Part shown: piece after piece, positions 10,164-21,403 of the stretch
Layout: each line of letters begins with the position of its first letter
Numbering within the stretch: position 1 is the first letter of the stretch
Source: Ascoidea asiatica JCM 7603
Lineage: Eukaryota; Fungi; Ascomycota
Direction of reading: 5' to 3'
Length of the DNA: 64,000 nt
NCBI GenBank assembly: GCA_001600695.1
Contig: BCKQ01000001.1
Location: 2,278,968-2,342,967 of the forward strand
Made by a program: the position numbers and the translations under genes
The notes under the pieces: model-generated
The model's input: only the letters and a program-made list of their open reading frames with translations
Told to the model about the DNA's origin: nothing
Databases searched by the model: none

Positions 10164-13100
10164 ATGTCTTCTTCAGTTACTCAAAATTCAAAAGATGTAA
10201 TGAAATTAATTGATAATTATATGATCACTGTTCCAAATTCTGATGATCAATTATCAAAAGATATTGAATTAAAATTATCTTCATATATTTCAAATAATTC
10301 TTTAAAATTATTAAATTTTATAGAATTATTACATAATTATCTAACAACTGAACAAGTTTCAATAAATTTAAAATCAATGAATCTTTTATCAAATATTTTA
10401 TTATCTTTATCTTCAAATTCTTTAACAACTAATGAAATTAATCTTTTAATTAAATTTTTTTTATCAAAATTTGAAAATATTTCAACTTTTAAACAAACTT
10501 TAAATTCTTTAAATTCTTTAATAAATTTTAATAATTTTCAATTTAATAATAATGATTCTAAAAATAATATTGAATTAATTTTAAAAAATTTAATAGATAA
10601 TTATAATTCAAAAAATTTTAAAGCTCCAATAAGATTTTTAACTTTTAAAATTTTAAATTCTTTATTAAATAAATTTCAAATAAATTTAATATCAAATTTA
10701 AATTTTAATAATCTATTTATAAATTCTTTTATAAATATAATTTCTGGTGAAAAAGATCCAAAAAATTTATTAATTTCTTTTAAATTATCTCAATTAATTT
10801 TAAAAAATTTTAATAATTTAAAAATTTTTAAAGAATCTTTATTTGATATAACTTTTTGTTATTTTCCAATATCTTTTCATCCTCCAAAAATTAATGATCC
10901 TTATAAAATTACTCCAAATCAATTAAAAAATCAATTATCTTTAACTTTAACTTCAAATTCAATTTTTTTAGATGATTTATATCCAAATTTATTTGATAAA
11001 TTAACTTCTCCATCTTCTTTTGTTAAATTTGATGTTTTAAATGTAATTAAATTATCAATTCAAAATTTCGATTTAAATTCTATTAATAAAAATTGGATTC
11101 AAATTTGGGATGCTTTAAAATTTGAAATTTTACATAATGATTTAAATTTAATTCAATCAAAATCTATAGAAAGTTCTAATGAAAATGAAAACTTTGAACT
11201 TGAAGATTATACTAAAGTAAATCTTTTATTAACTTTATCAATTTTTAAATCAATTGCAATAAAATTATTTGAACAAGATAATGAAAATGAAAAAACTTAT
11301 TTAAATAATTATTTAAATCATATTATTAATGAATTTAAAGATGAACTTAAAAAACCTGATAATAAACTTACAAAACAAGCTTGTATTATATTAGCTGAAA
11401 TTGCTGAATCAAATGATTATATTTTTAATCATATAATTAAAAATACTTTTCCAACTCTTTTAAATATCTTACAAAATGATTCAAATTCTTTAAGTGTTTT
11501 AAAACAAAAATTTTTTATTAATGATATTTCATTTTTTTTAAATTCTTATAAAATTTTATATGGAACTTCAAATATTTCAACTAATTTAAGAGTTAATCCA
11601 GATCTTAATCAATTATTTAAATTTAAAGATGATATAATTATGTTATTTAGTTCTTCTTTAATGTCTTCTTCATCAATTGAAATCTCTTTAAAAACTTTAG
11701 CTTTAAAAAAAATTAATTTAATTATGTCTTTAAAAGATTTTTTAGATATGGAAGAATATAAAAATTTTGTTCAAAATTTTACTGAATTATTATTAATGTC
11801 TGATTATAAACCGGATTCAAGTATTTATAAAGCTGTTATAAATAACTTAGCTGATATTTCACATGATTCAAAATATTCTAATTTAATTAAAGATTTAGTT
11901 TTTCCAATTTTATTTTCTTTATTATCAAAATTAGAATCATCTGAAAACTTAAATAAAATTTATTCAATTAATGAAAAAAAAAGTAAAAGTAAAGAAGAAA
12001 TCATTTTAATTTTAAGTTCATTGGCAAGTCAAAATAATGAATTATTACATGGATTATGTGTTAGATTTTTAAATAATATTGGTGATATTTTAAATAATGA
12101 TTCTTCTGATGATATTAAATATTGTTTATTATTATTGAATGTTATTTATAATACTTTTAATAATTTTTTAGATTATGAATTTAAAAATAAATCATTCATT
12201 AAAAAGGATAGTTATTTGAAATCATTTGTACCGAAATTAATTCTTTTAAATACAAAATATTATAAAAAGTTGAATAGTGATGAATTTATTGAAGTAAGTT
12301 CAAGAATTCTTTTTTCAATAATTCTTAATACAAAAGTTAGTTCTCATCAATTATTATTAGATGATTTTTTTAACTTATTCTACTATACTAAATCATTAAA
12401 TTCATTTAATATAAATATCGATCAAAATATTAATATTATTGAGAAACCTACTAAATTGATCAATATTTTCACTAAATTGATTGCTGGAATTGATTTTAAA
12501 AAAACAAAATTACCGTTAATAAATATTCCTGAATTTATTGATTCTTTGATAAAAGTTTCAATAAACTCATTTTCAAGCTATGAGAGAGTAGGCTATTTAC
12601 AATGCATGTCAATTATAATTAATAAATGGTGTGGAATAAAATTTTCAGATATTGAATTCAAAGAATATGTTAACAAAAAGTTGGAGTTATTTAAAGTTGA
12701 AATTAATGAAAATTTTAAATCATTGATAGAATCTCAAAAAGAAAAAAAAAATAATGAAATTCAAATTTTATCAAAAACAATTAAGTTAATTGAAGTTTTC
12801 ACCTGGTTTACAAAGTCATTATTGATTAGAAATGATTCAATTTCTTTAAAATTCGTTTCTTTTTTGATTGAATTACTCGAAAGATCTAAAAATTATAAAC
12901 TTATAAGTTTACCTTGTTGTATGTCTTTTGAGATTTTACTCAGTGATAATTACATCTTCAAACTTTATAATTATTCAAATGAGAATCAAAAAACAAAGGA
13001 GGGAAATAAATTAAAACTATTGAGTTCAAAAATTAGTGATAATAAGATTTATAATATTAATATTAGAAACTTATATAAGCAAAAGTTATTTGAATTTATT

Positions 13101-13685
13101 ATACCAAAAATTTCACAAAACTTTTCCAAACTAAACAGCTCATTATTATTAGATAAACAAGACGAAAAATATATCAAAACATATATTGAAAAGACTAATT
13201 ATTTAACAACATTATCATTGATATTAAAATATACAGATAGTTCAATATTTAAGAGTCATTTAAACAAAATTTTTCCTTTACTTCTTCAATCAATCAAATT
13301 AAATAATAAAGATGTGAGGGCAGCAGCATTAAAGACTATATTATTATCAATTACTGAAAGCAGTGAATTAGTTTCAAAATATTTACAAAATCTAATTTCA
13401 TTATTACTTGATTGTAGTAAAGGTCCTATAACTGGAGCGCATAATATTACCATTGACAAAAGTTTTATTAAATATAATTCAGAGGAAGTTAGATATTTAT
13501 CATTAAAATGTTTATATGCATTCAGTAAGCATATAGAACTTGCAGAGTTAGCACCATTTAGTGAAGGAATTATTAGAAATTTGGCTGATTGCTTAGATGA
13601 TAACAGAAGAAAAGTTAGAAAAATGGCAATTGATTGTAGACAGGAATATTATGAAATCTATAATTTAAACACATCATATGATTGA
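10164..13685 (+). CDS. MET18: MMS19/Met18 cytosolic Fe-S assembly targeting factor
   Basis: GEKDPKNLL, FCYFPISFHPP, IWDALKFEI, LYKQKLF and LDDNRRKVRKMA motifs; HEAT-like size. Confidence 0.93.
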   Translation: MSSSVTQNSKDVMKLIDNYMITVPNSDDQLSKDIELKLSSYISNNSLKLLNFIELLHNYLTTEQVSINLKSMNLLSNILLSLSSNSLTTNEINLLIKFFLSKFENISTFKQTLNSLNSLINFNNFQFNNNDSKNNIELILKNLIDNYNSKNFKAPIRFLTFKILNSLLNKFQINLISNLNFNNLFINSFINIISGEKDPKNLLISFKLSQLILKNFNNLKIFKESLFDITFCYFPISFHPPKINDPYKITPNQLKNQLSLTLTSNSIFLDDLYPNLFDKLTSPSSFVKFDVLNVIKLSIQNFDLNSINKNWIQIWDALKFEILHNDLNLIQSKSIESSNENENFELEDYTKVNLLLTLSIFKSIAIKLFEQDNENEKTYLNNYLNHIINEFKDELKKPDNKLTKQACIILAEIAESNDYIFNHIIKNTFPTLLNILQNDSNSLSVLKQKFFINDISFFLNSYKILYGTSNISTNLRVNPDLNQLFKFKDDIIMLFSSSLMSSSSIEISLKTLALKKINLIMSLKDFLDMEEYKNFVQNFTELLLMSDYKPDSSIYKAVINNLADISHDSKYSNLIKDLVFPILFSLLSKLESSENLNKIYSINEKKSKSKEEIILILSSLASQNNELLHGLCVRFLNNIGDILNNDSSDDIKYCLLLLNVIYNTFNNFLDYEFKNKSFIKKDSYLKSFVPKLILLNTKYYKKLNSDEFIEVSSRILFSIILNTKVSSHQLLLDDFFNLFYYTKSLNSFNINIDQNINIIEKPTKLINIFTKLIAGIDFKKTKLPLINIPEFIDSLIKVSINSFSSYERVGYLQCMSIIINKWCGIKFSDIEFKEYVNKKLELFKVEINENFKSLIESQKEKKNNEIQILSKTIKLIEVFTWFTKSLLIRNDSISLKFVSFLIELLERSKNYKLISLPCCMSFEILLSDNYIFKLYNYSNENQKTKEGNKLKLLSSKISDNKIYNINIRNLYKQKLFEFIIPKISQNFSKLNSSLLLDKQDEKYIKTYIEKTNYLTTLSLILKYTDSSIFKSHLNKIFPLLLQSIKLNNKDVRAAALKTILLSITESSELVSKYLQNLISLLLDCSKGPITGAHNITIDKSFIKYNSEEVRYLSLKCLYAFSKHIELAELAPFSEGIIRNLADCLDDNRRKVRKMAIDCRQEYYEIYNLNTSYD

Positions 13686-13738
13686 TTGATTATATATCAG
13701 TTTATAAAAATAATAAATAGACAATTTTATATTCAAAG

Positions 13739-15146
13739 TTAATTAACTCTAGGAGTTGAAGAATCAATTACTAAAGGGCCTGAACGTGCCGGTGTAGACA
13801 ATGAACTTGAAAGGCTTGAATTATTATTATTATTATTATTATTATTGTTGTTATTATTGTTTTCATCACCATCATCAATTGATTTTTCATTTTCATTTTT
13901 TTCATTAAAATATTGTAAAATCAATTCACTTTTACTTTGTAGAGCTATTGAATCATTAATTAAAAAATAAAGAAAAGATTCATTTTTAGAAATTAAAGAT
14001 TGTAATTCAATGAATTGAATTGCATTTATTATTTTTAATAATTTTAAATGAAATAAAATCTCATTAGCTTTATCTAAATTATTTTTTTTAAAAACCAAAG
14101 AAGGATTTGAATTTATTAAATGATTTTCAAATTGTGTTTGTTTTCTTTTTCTAGATTTAGTAAGTTTATTTCCAATTGAAGTTGTTGTAATATTAGTATT
14201 ATCAGTAATAGTAGTGCGAGATACATTTTGTGATAATATAGGATTTAAGTTTATATTACTGTGATTGTTGTTACTATTGTCATTTGAAGCTTTGTTATTA
14301 TTATTACTATTATTAATATTAGATAAATTTGCTAAAGTATTTGAAATTGAGTTATTTTGAATTGAAGTGAAATTATGTATATTATGTAAATTTAAAGATG
14401 AAAAAGATAAACTATTATTATTTGAATGTAATTGATTTGATAAATGCTCAGATAATTGAGAATTTAGTCGATTACTACCTAAACGATTATTTAAATTAGA
14501 TAGATTTAAATTATTTAAAGAATTTTTATGATGGTATCTTTGATGTCTTAACATTTTTGTTGTTTCACAACCTGATCTTTCAATTGTCATATCACATAAA
14601 GTACAAGTTACAGAACCATTTTGATTTTCAATAAAATCTCTCCAGACTTGACTAACTCTTTTTCTTCTTTTTTTTTGACGACTTGTATCTGTAATTGTAT
14701 TATTTGCATTTGAGTTTGAGTTTGAGTTTGGGGTTGAATTTGTTTTTAAATTTACATTTACATTTACATTTGCATTTACATTTGAATTTCGATTTGGTGT
14801 TGATGTGGGCATTGAACTTCCAACTGTATTTGAATTTAAAGTTGAATTCGAATTTGAAGTTAAAACTGAATTTGGAGAAGAATTTCGAGTTATATTTGAA
14901 TTTCTATTTGGATGCATAATGGATTGTAATTTTGTTTGTAAATTTGAATTTAAATTTGAATTTAAATCTGAATTAAGAATTGGATTAATATTAGAACGAA
15001 TATTTGAATTGATATTAGATTGAGATTGAGAATGAGAATGATTGAGTAAATTATTAGGAAGTATATTATTAGGATTTATAGGTGTTGAAATTGAATTAGA
15101 TTGACTTCTATTCGAATGAGTATTATTCTGATTTGTTTGATTATTA

Positions 15147-15181
<35 letters not shown>

Positions 15182-15730
15182 GTTGTTATGAGCTTTGATA
15201 TTATTATTAAAGAGAATAGTTCGATTTTTGTTTTTTATATTTCTTTGATTATTAGATTGATTATCTAGACGATTAGATTTATTTGCTTCGTTAGAATTGA
15301 TTCCCATTGTACTTCTGTTAATATTACCATTATTATTAGTTAAATGTTTTGTATTTGATAACGAAATTTGATTTGTAACTCCATCAGATCCTTGTCGTTG
15401 AAGAGAATCTTCTTGATTTTCTTGACTATGAATATGAGATTGGTTATTAGAAATTGGAAAATCAGAAAATCTTGTTACTTCATTAAAAGAATTCGAAGGG
15501 ATAGAAGAACTTGAAGAAATTGAAGTACTTGAATCATTAGAACGACTTAAAGAAGTGGAATTATTAGAAATATTTGAAGCATTGGAAATGCTGGTGATAT
15601 GTGAATTAAGATCTTGATTCAAAATATTTATTTGACCATCTAAATTGAAGGATGGTGTAACTACTTCTGGATTCATTACAGGTAGATTTTTGTTTGTTTG
15701 TTCCCAAGAGAAAGTATGAGCTGAATTCAT
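13739..15730 (-). CDS. Asn/Ser-rich protein with a single BED zinc finger (putative transcription factor)
   Basis: RQKKRRKRVSQVWRDF...VTCTLC...TTKMLRHQRYHH matches the BED pattern W-x2-F...CxxC...H-x3/4-H, preceded by a basic NLS-like stretch. Confidence 0.75.
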
Positions 15731-15889
15731 TAGAATTGATGTATCTTACTATGCTCAAGTGATCTCAGTGATGATTCTGATACTGTTTATGGTGATAATG
15801 AATCAGATTAACTGATTTAAGTTGCAGTAGAAGGAATCAAAATAAGTTTTTGTGAACTTACGAACTTTAGAAAACAAACGAACAGAACA

Positions 15890-16460
15890 AGTTTAATTTC
15901 GCTAAATTTCTCGCCTGAAATGAACAACACAAAGCCCTCATTATTAGGGGACAAATAAATAGATGCGCGCAATAAAATTTCAACGCATTTCTTCTAATTA
16001 CATTGCGGGTATAGCGAACCGTGATATTAGCAATTTCTTGACGAACGAGATATCTTTAGCGAACTATGCTTAAACCCCACTGAGGATGAATGTGTAAACA
16101 GGCCCGAAACACACATTTTTCACTACACCGGGGTTGTCCTAGATCATTTTGGCCAACCCTCGCCCACCGTAATTCTTGGACAATATAAGGACCTAGACCT
16201 TTGTCTTACGAAATAGTGCATTGTTTATGCTTCATTGTACATACAAATCCACAAAAGCATTAGCCATGATTGCGTCACATGCCATAATTGAAAAGCTGTA
16301 CTACTTTGAAACCTCGGAATTCCTTTCTGGAATAACCCGATACGGCTAATTTAGAATCTAATAAAAACCACTTCAATGGGTCGAATGAATTTGATGAGAA
16401 TCAGGATTCGAACTGTCAAATAAAGATCTGTGAATGAGATTTTGATAGCGAAAAGAATAT
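15890..16460. promoter_or_regulatory. GC-richer divergent promoter (BED gene / OM45) with STRE- and Mig1-like sites and repeated TTCGCTA
   Basis: AGGGG at ~15947, CCCCAC at ~16075, CCGGGG at ~16128; TTCGCTA/TAGCGAA at 15898, 16012, 16057 and 16446. Confidence 0.45.
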
Positions 16461-16966
16461 ATAAAGTAGCAATGATAAAAATAAAAGTCGACTAAAAAGT
16501 CATTTTCTTCACATTTTTACCCCAAGTTTCCCAAAATGTTCATCTTTCAAGCAATATTCAATAATTTCAATTGAAATGATTTCTCAATGCAAAATAATCA
16601 CTTCTTTTACATCATGGAATTGCCTAGAAATCTCATCATAGCAATTATATTTTATTTCACTCTCAATTCGTCAAGTGAAATTGATAGATAATTCTTACAC
16701 TGTATGGATTGATTATATGATTTCATCTTAGATAACTTCTTTTTTATCTCTTTTTAATATCAATCCTTCAAAATATAAATAGTATAAAATTTCTCTTAAT
16801 GTTTTAACTCGCAAAATTAAATTTTTATTCAAAAATATACTTACTATTTAATTATATTTAGTTTTAATTTGAAAGATATTATTATACAATTATTTTAAAA
16901 AAGTGTTCGCATTCTTTATTTATCTCTTTAAACTACAACTGAATTCTTAAGGTCCTTTTTATTAAA

Positions 16967-17908
16967 ATGTTTGCTCCCACTACAAAATATTTTTTAACTG
17001 GTGCAGTTTCTGGTGGTTTAGCTACTTTATTAATTGAAAGATCTGGTGAAAAAAAAAGATTTCAACAATTAAAAACTGATTATGATCGTCAATACTCTGA
17101 TGTTTCAAATGCTTTATATAATAAATCAGTCGATGCTAAAAACAATTTAAAAGAAACTGCTTTAGATTCTGCTTCTTATGTTAAAGATTCAACAATAAAT
17201 ACCTCAAATCAATTAAAAGATCAAACTGTTGATTCTGCAAGTAAAATCAAAGATGCTTTAATTCATACAAAAGATTATACTAATGAAGCAATTAAATCTT
17301 CTTTAAATGATTCAAAAGAAAAAATTAAAAGTGATTTAAATTATGCTAAAGATGAAATGAATGATGCTAAAAATCAAGCTAAAAATAAATTTGATAATTT
17401 AGATAATAGAAATAATTTTAATAATAAAAATAATTCTTGGTTCAATTGGACTAATTCTGATGATCATGATAAAATCAATCAAGATAGAATAAAACACTCA
17501 ATTGCAGGTTTTGGTGAAAATGCCCAATCTTTTGCTGAAGATCAATATGATGATGCTAAAAAAACTGGTTCAAATATTCTTTCTTCAAGTAAAGAAAAGT
17601 TAGTTGATTTAAAAAATCAAGCTATAGATTCAACTGCAAATACTGCTGGTGATTATATTAACAAAAAATATTATGAAGCTCAGCAAAATTTAAATGATGC
17701 TAAAAAAGAATTAGATTCTTATTCTTCAAGTTGGTATCAAATTGGTAAAAAAGTTGATGAAGATGCAAAATTTAGAGCACAACAACATTATAATTATGCT
17801 GAAAAGGTTTTCAATAATGCAAAATTAGATTTAGAAAGTTGGTCAAACAAGGTTGGTAATCAAATTAAATACAACACAAAGGATTTAAAAAATGACATGA
17901 GACGTTAA
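16967..17908 (+). CDS. OM45: Mitochondrial outer membrane protein Om45-like
   Basis: N-terminal hydrophobic anchor; SIAGFGENAQSFAEDQYDD and LNDAKKELDSYSSSWY...AQQHY...LESWSNK resemble the Om45 C-terminal blocks. Confidence 0.75.
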   Translation: MFAPTTKYFLTGAVSGGLATLLIERSGEKKRFQQLKTDYDRQYSDVSNALYNKSVDAKNNLKETALDSASYVKDSTINTSNQLKDQTVDSASKIKDALIHTKDYTNEAIKSSLNDSKEKIKSDLNYAKDEMNDAKNQAKNKFDNLDNRNNFNNKNNSWFNWTNSDDHDKINQDRIKHSIAGFGENAQSFAEDQYDDAKKTGSNILSSSKEKLVDLKNQAIDSTANTAGDYINKKYYEAQQNLNDAKKELDSYSSSWYQIGKKVDEDAKFRAQQHYNYAEKVFNNAKLDLESWSNKVGNQIKYNTKDLKNDMRR

Positions 17909-18068
17909 ATGATAATAAAATCAAATGAAATAAAATCAAAAAAAAATATTTTTTCTCTATATTTATCTATCTATTCATTTATTTATATATATTTTATGTA
18001 TATTTAATATAACTTTATTAATTTAATAATATTATTATTATTTTAAATATATTTTATACTATTAGAAT

Positions 18069-18797
18069 TTAAATTAAATGTTCATGCTCTTCTTCAATTG
18101 GTATATTAAATGCTCCTGCTAAATGTAAAGCAGGTTCATTTATATTATGATGTTGATAACTTAATACACCAATACCCCCAGAATTTAATATAAATTGTGG
18201 ATTAAATTGAATTGTTCTACCTAACCAAACATTTGTAAAAGCTCTTAAAATATGGCCATGAGCAATCACTATAACATCACAAGCTTTATTTTCTTTGAAT
18301 GCAATATCATGAATCTTACGAATTTTACCAATCAATTCTTTTAATCTTTTTTCAACATCCATAAAATTTTCACCATTTTCACAACCATCTTCCCAAATAT
18401 TCCAAATTTTATTTTTAGGTTCTTGATCTAAACCTCTTTTTGCTCTTAATTGAATAATTTCTTTAGTTAGTAATCCTTCATAATCACCATATTCCCATTC
18501 TTTAATATTTTCATCAATTTCAATTTTTTCTGTTAAATCTTTTTCAATTTCTGGAGTGAAATTTTTTAAAATTAATTCAATTGATTGTTTAGCTCTTAAT
18601 CTAGGAGAACAAATAATTTTTCCAATATTTTCAGGAACTAAAATTGAATGAATTAATGCTTTTCCAGTTTCTGTCATTTGTCTAACACCATATTCTGTTA
18701 ATGGTAAGTCAGTATGAGATGTATATTGACCTGACTTTGACCACTCGGTTTGGCCATGACGAATAAAGATAACTCTTGGGGTTGGAGCAGAAGTCAT
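18069..18797 (-). CDS. SHB17: Sedoheptulose-1,7-bisphosphatase (histidine phosphatase family)
   Basis: TPRVIFIRHGQTEWSKSGQYTS, EWEYGDYEG, IAHGHILR and GVLSYQHHN; first ATG at 18797. Confidence 0.95.
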   Translation of the reverse strand: MTSAPTPRVIFIRHGQTEWSKSGQYTSHTDLPLTEYGVRQMTETGKALIHSILVPENIGKIICSPRLRAKQSIELILKNFTPEIEKDLTEKIEIDENIKEWEYGDYEGLLTKEIIQLRAKRGLDQEPKNKIWNIWEDGCENGENFMDVEKRLKELIGKIRKIHDIAFKENKACDVIVIAHGHILRAFTNVWLGRTIQFNPQFILNSGGIGVLSYQHHNINEPALHLAGAFNIPIEEEHEHLI

Positions 18798-19203
18798 ATT
18801 GATTTTATTCAACAGTTAATAATACTTCAATGATTGGGCCTAAGATGTTGTTCAAATAAAAAAAGAAATATAACTTTTGTTATATATTTATTTTATAAAT
18901 TAGATATTAGAGCTAGTTTTGTAGATTATATGACCATGAGGTGACCCGCGAATCAGGCGATGGCCTTGATTTCAAATTTTATTTATTATTACCGAGAATG
19001 TGAAAAGTTTTAACAATAGTAAAAAAAGAATATTAGATAAAAGATGAAAAATGTGCTAGTAATGATCAACTGATTAAATTGCAACACTGAAAAGATTATC
19101 AGAAATCCCTCAGATTAAAGAAAGAATAAATAAATCAATAAATGAATATTTGGGTGTTCAATTACTTCAATTCCGATTGAACTGAACAGAGATATTGAAA
19201 GAC

Positions 19204-20808
19204 ATGAAACCTGAAATAGAGTATGATGGATTTATTCCCACAAAGGACAATAATAAATTAGATGTATTGACTATAGATTCAATAGAATCAGGTGAAATAT
19301 TTTATGAGAAATATGTTAAAACTAGAACTCCAGTTATAATTAATGGAATATTACCAGAATTTTCAAAAGATAATAATAATTTATTTGAGAAATTTAAATC
19401 TGAAAACATTTCAAGTTTTTTAAGAGATTCAGATGATAGATCTCCAGTTTTAGAAATTGAAAAAAAACAATATGGTGGTTTTGGTTCTGGAATTAAAAAA
19501 ATTAAAATGACATTTGATTCCTTTATGGAAAAGTTATATTCTGGAGATGATAATTATTATTTAACTACACAATATAATTTTCTGAGTAATGAAAATGAAA
19601 ACGAAAATGAAGATTTTCCAATGGAATCTGATAATGAGATAAATGAGGCAATAAAATTACGAATTGGTAACAATGATGTGGCAAATGAATATTTGTCCGA
19701 TAATGATTCATTGAATAATTTTGACTTCAATAATATTCATGATGATTATGATGAAATGAATAGTGAAGATGATGAAATGATTGGAGATAAAGAAAATGAT
19801 AATAATGCAAGTGATATTGATGAAAGTGATCCAATTTTAATAAAGTCAGTTGATAATGATGAAAATGAACCAATTCGGTTATCAGAAGCAAAAGAAAGAA
19901 TATTTGGTTTATTTCAAACTCCGTTAACTTATTCATTGTATGATAGTATACATATTCCAATAATACCGAGTTTTCTAAAAAATTTAGTTACTCAACAAAT
20001 TAATTTATGGATTGGATCATCAAATAAAAATGAGAGTGAATTTTCAATTCAAAAAATTAAAAGTCTAACTAAGGAAATATTAAATTTCGATAATAATAAT
20101 GGAATTGGCAGATCAATTCCAAATGGTGGTACTTCATCTGGATTACATCATGATCACGCAGATAACTTATATGTTCCTTTAAAAGGAACTAAAAGATTTA
20201 CAATTTTCTCACCAAATGAAGCAACCAAATTATATACAGTTGGTGATATTAATAAAATATATAAATCTGGAGTTATTGATTATATTAAAAATGAAAATGC
20301 ACCAAATTGGGAAAATGTCCGAAGTGATGGGGCCACAATTAAAGAATGCTCAGATAATGATTCAATTCAGAATAAAATTGAAAAAAATAAATTAGATCCT
20401 CCTTCATTCTCAAAGATTCCACCATTTCTTTTACATTTAGATGAAATTAAAAATAATAAAAATATTAGTGAAGAAGAATACAAAAAATTGATTTCATTAG
20501 CTTCAAAAAAGTATCCATTATTATTCAAAATTTTAGATAATAAAATTGAAGTTAATTTGAAAGCAGGTAATCAGATGTTATATTTGCCATGCGGATGGTT
20601 TCATGAAGTTTCTTCTTTTGGAGAAGACCAAAATATATATGAGATTAATCACCCATCACTGAATATTCATATGGCATTGAACTATTGGTTTTTTCCTCCA
20701 GATGGTGACAGTTTCGAAAAAACCTATAAGGACGACTTTTGGGAGAAAGATTTTAAACGTACTTTGAAATCTGTCGAATTGTTTGAAGATGATCGATTTG
20801 ATATATAA
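19204..20808 (+). CDS. JmjC/cupin-8 2-oxoglutarate-Fe(II) oxygenase
   Basis: YVKTRTPVII, YYLTTQY, QINLWIG, SGLHHDHADNLY (HxD), MLYLPCGWFHEV and HMALNYWF; first ATG at 19204. Confidence 0.88.
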   Translation: MKPEIEYDGFIPTKDNNKLDVLTIDSIESGEIFYEKYVKTRTPVIINGILPEFSKDNNNLFEKFKSENISSFLRDSDDRSPVLEIEKKQYGGFGSGIKKIKMTFDSFMEKLYSGDDNYYLTTQYNFLSNENENENEDFPMESDNEINEAIKLRIGNNDVANEYLSDNDSLNNFDFNNIHDDYDEMNSEDDEMIGDKENDNNASDIDESDPILIKSVDNDENEPIRLSEAKERIFGLFQTPLTYSLYDSIHIPIIPSFLKNLVTQQINLWIGSSNKNESEFSIQKIKSLTKEILNFDNNNGIGRSIPNGGTSSGLHHDHADNLYVPLKGTKRFTIFSPNEATKLYTVGDINKIYKSGVIDYIKNENAPNWENVRSDGATIKECSDNDSIQNKIEKNKLDPPSFSKIPPFLLHLDEIKNNKNISEEEYKKLISLASKKYPLLFKILDNKIEVNLKAGNQMLYLPCGWFHEVSSFGEDQNIYEINHPSLNIHMALNYWFFPPDGDSFEKTYKDDFWEKDFKRTLKSVELFEDDRFDI

Positions 20809-21403
20809 AATATCAATTTAAAATATAACTTAGTTTTACTATTTATCTCTCAAATCCAAACTGTCTGAATAAAATTAAATCTATAATCTTGTAGTTTTTT
20901 ATAAAAAATTATCTGTAAAAACATAAACAACCTTTCAACACTTCTTATTTTGTTTTTGGAGAACAACTTGCAATTTCCATCAAAAAATTGCAAGCATTTC
21001 TTCTTTGGCAGCATATTCAGCAGCTTTTCCAGAAAGGGCAAGTGGAAAGCAAGGGGCCTAGTGCTTCCGTCCAGAAACAGAAATAAAAAGTACAGCTGCA
21101 TTTGGATGCAATAGCTCTCATCCCGCATCAAAGTGCACATGCCTGATTGGAAGACTTTTCAAATTAGTATTGTCTGATGATTTTTCACGAATTGCAGTGA
21201 GTTTTAGGGAAATTTGATGAATTTGTAAACATATTTAGATTCTTTTCTACACAATAGATCTGAAATCTGGGAGGATATGAAGAATAAAACCTAGAAGAAG
21301 AATAACTAATTCAAATAAAAATAGAGGTACTATAGTTTTATTGAAAGAAGGGAGGTTCTTTACTTTGATAGCTAGCACTAAAAAAAAAAGAGCAAAGAAT
21401 GCG

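Noticed and set aside
15768-15815. Box C (GTGATGA) and box D (CTGA) pair
   Set aside because: Too short for a C/D snoRNA and no recognisable guide sequence
16403-16416. GTTCGAATCC on the minus strand resembling a tRNA T-loop/B-box
   Set aside because: No T-stem pairing, acceptor stem or cloverleaf could be built
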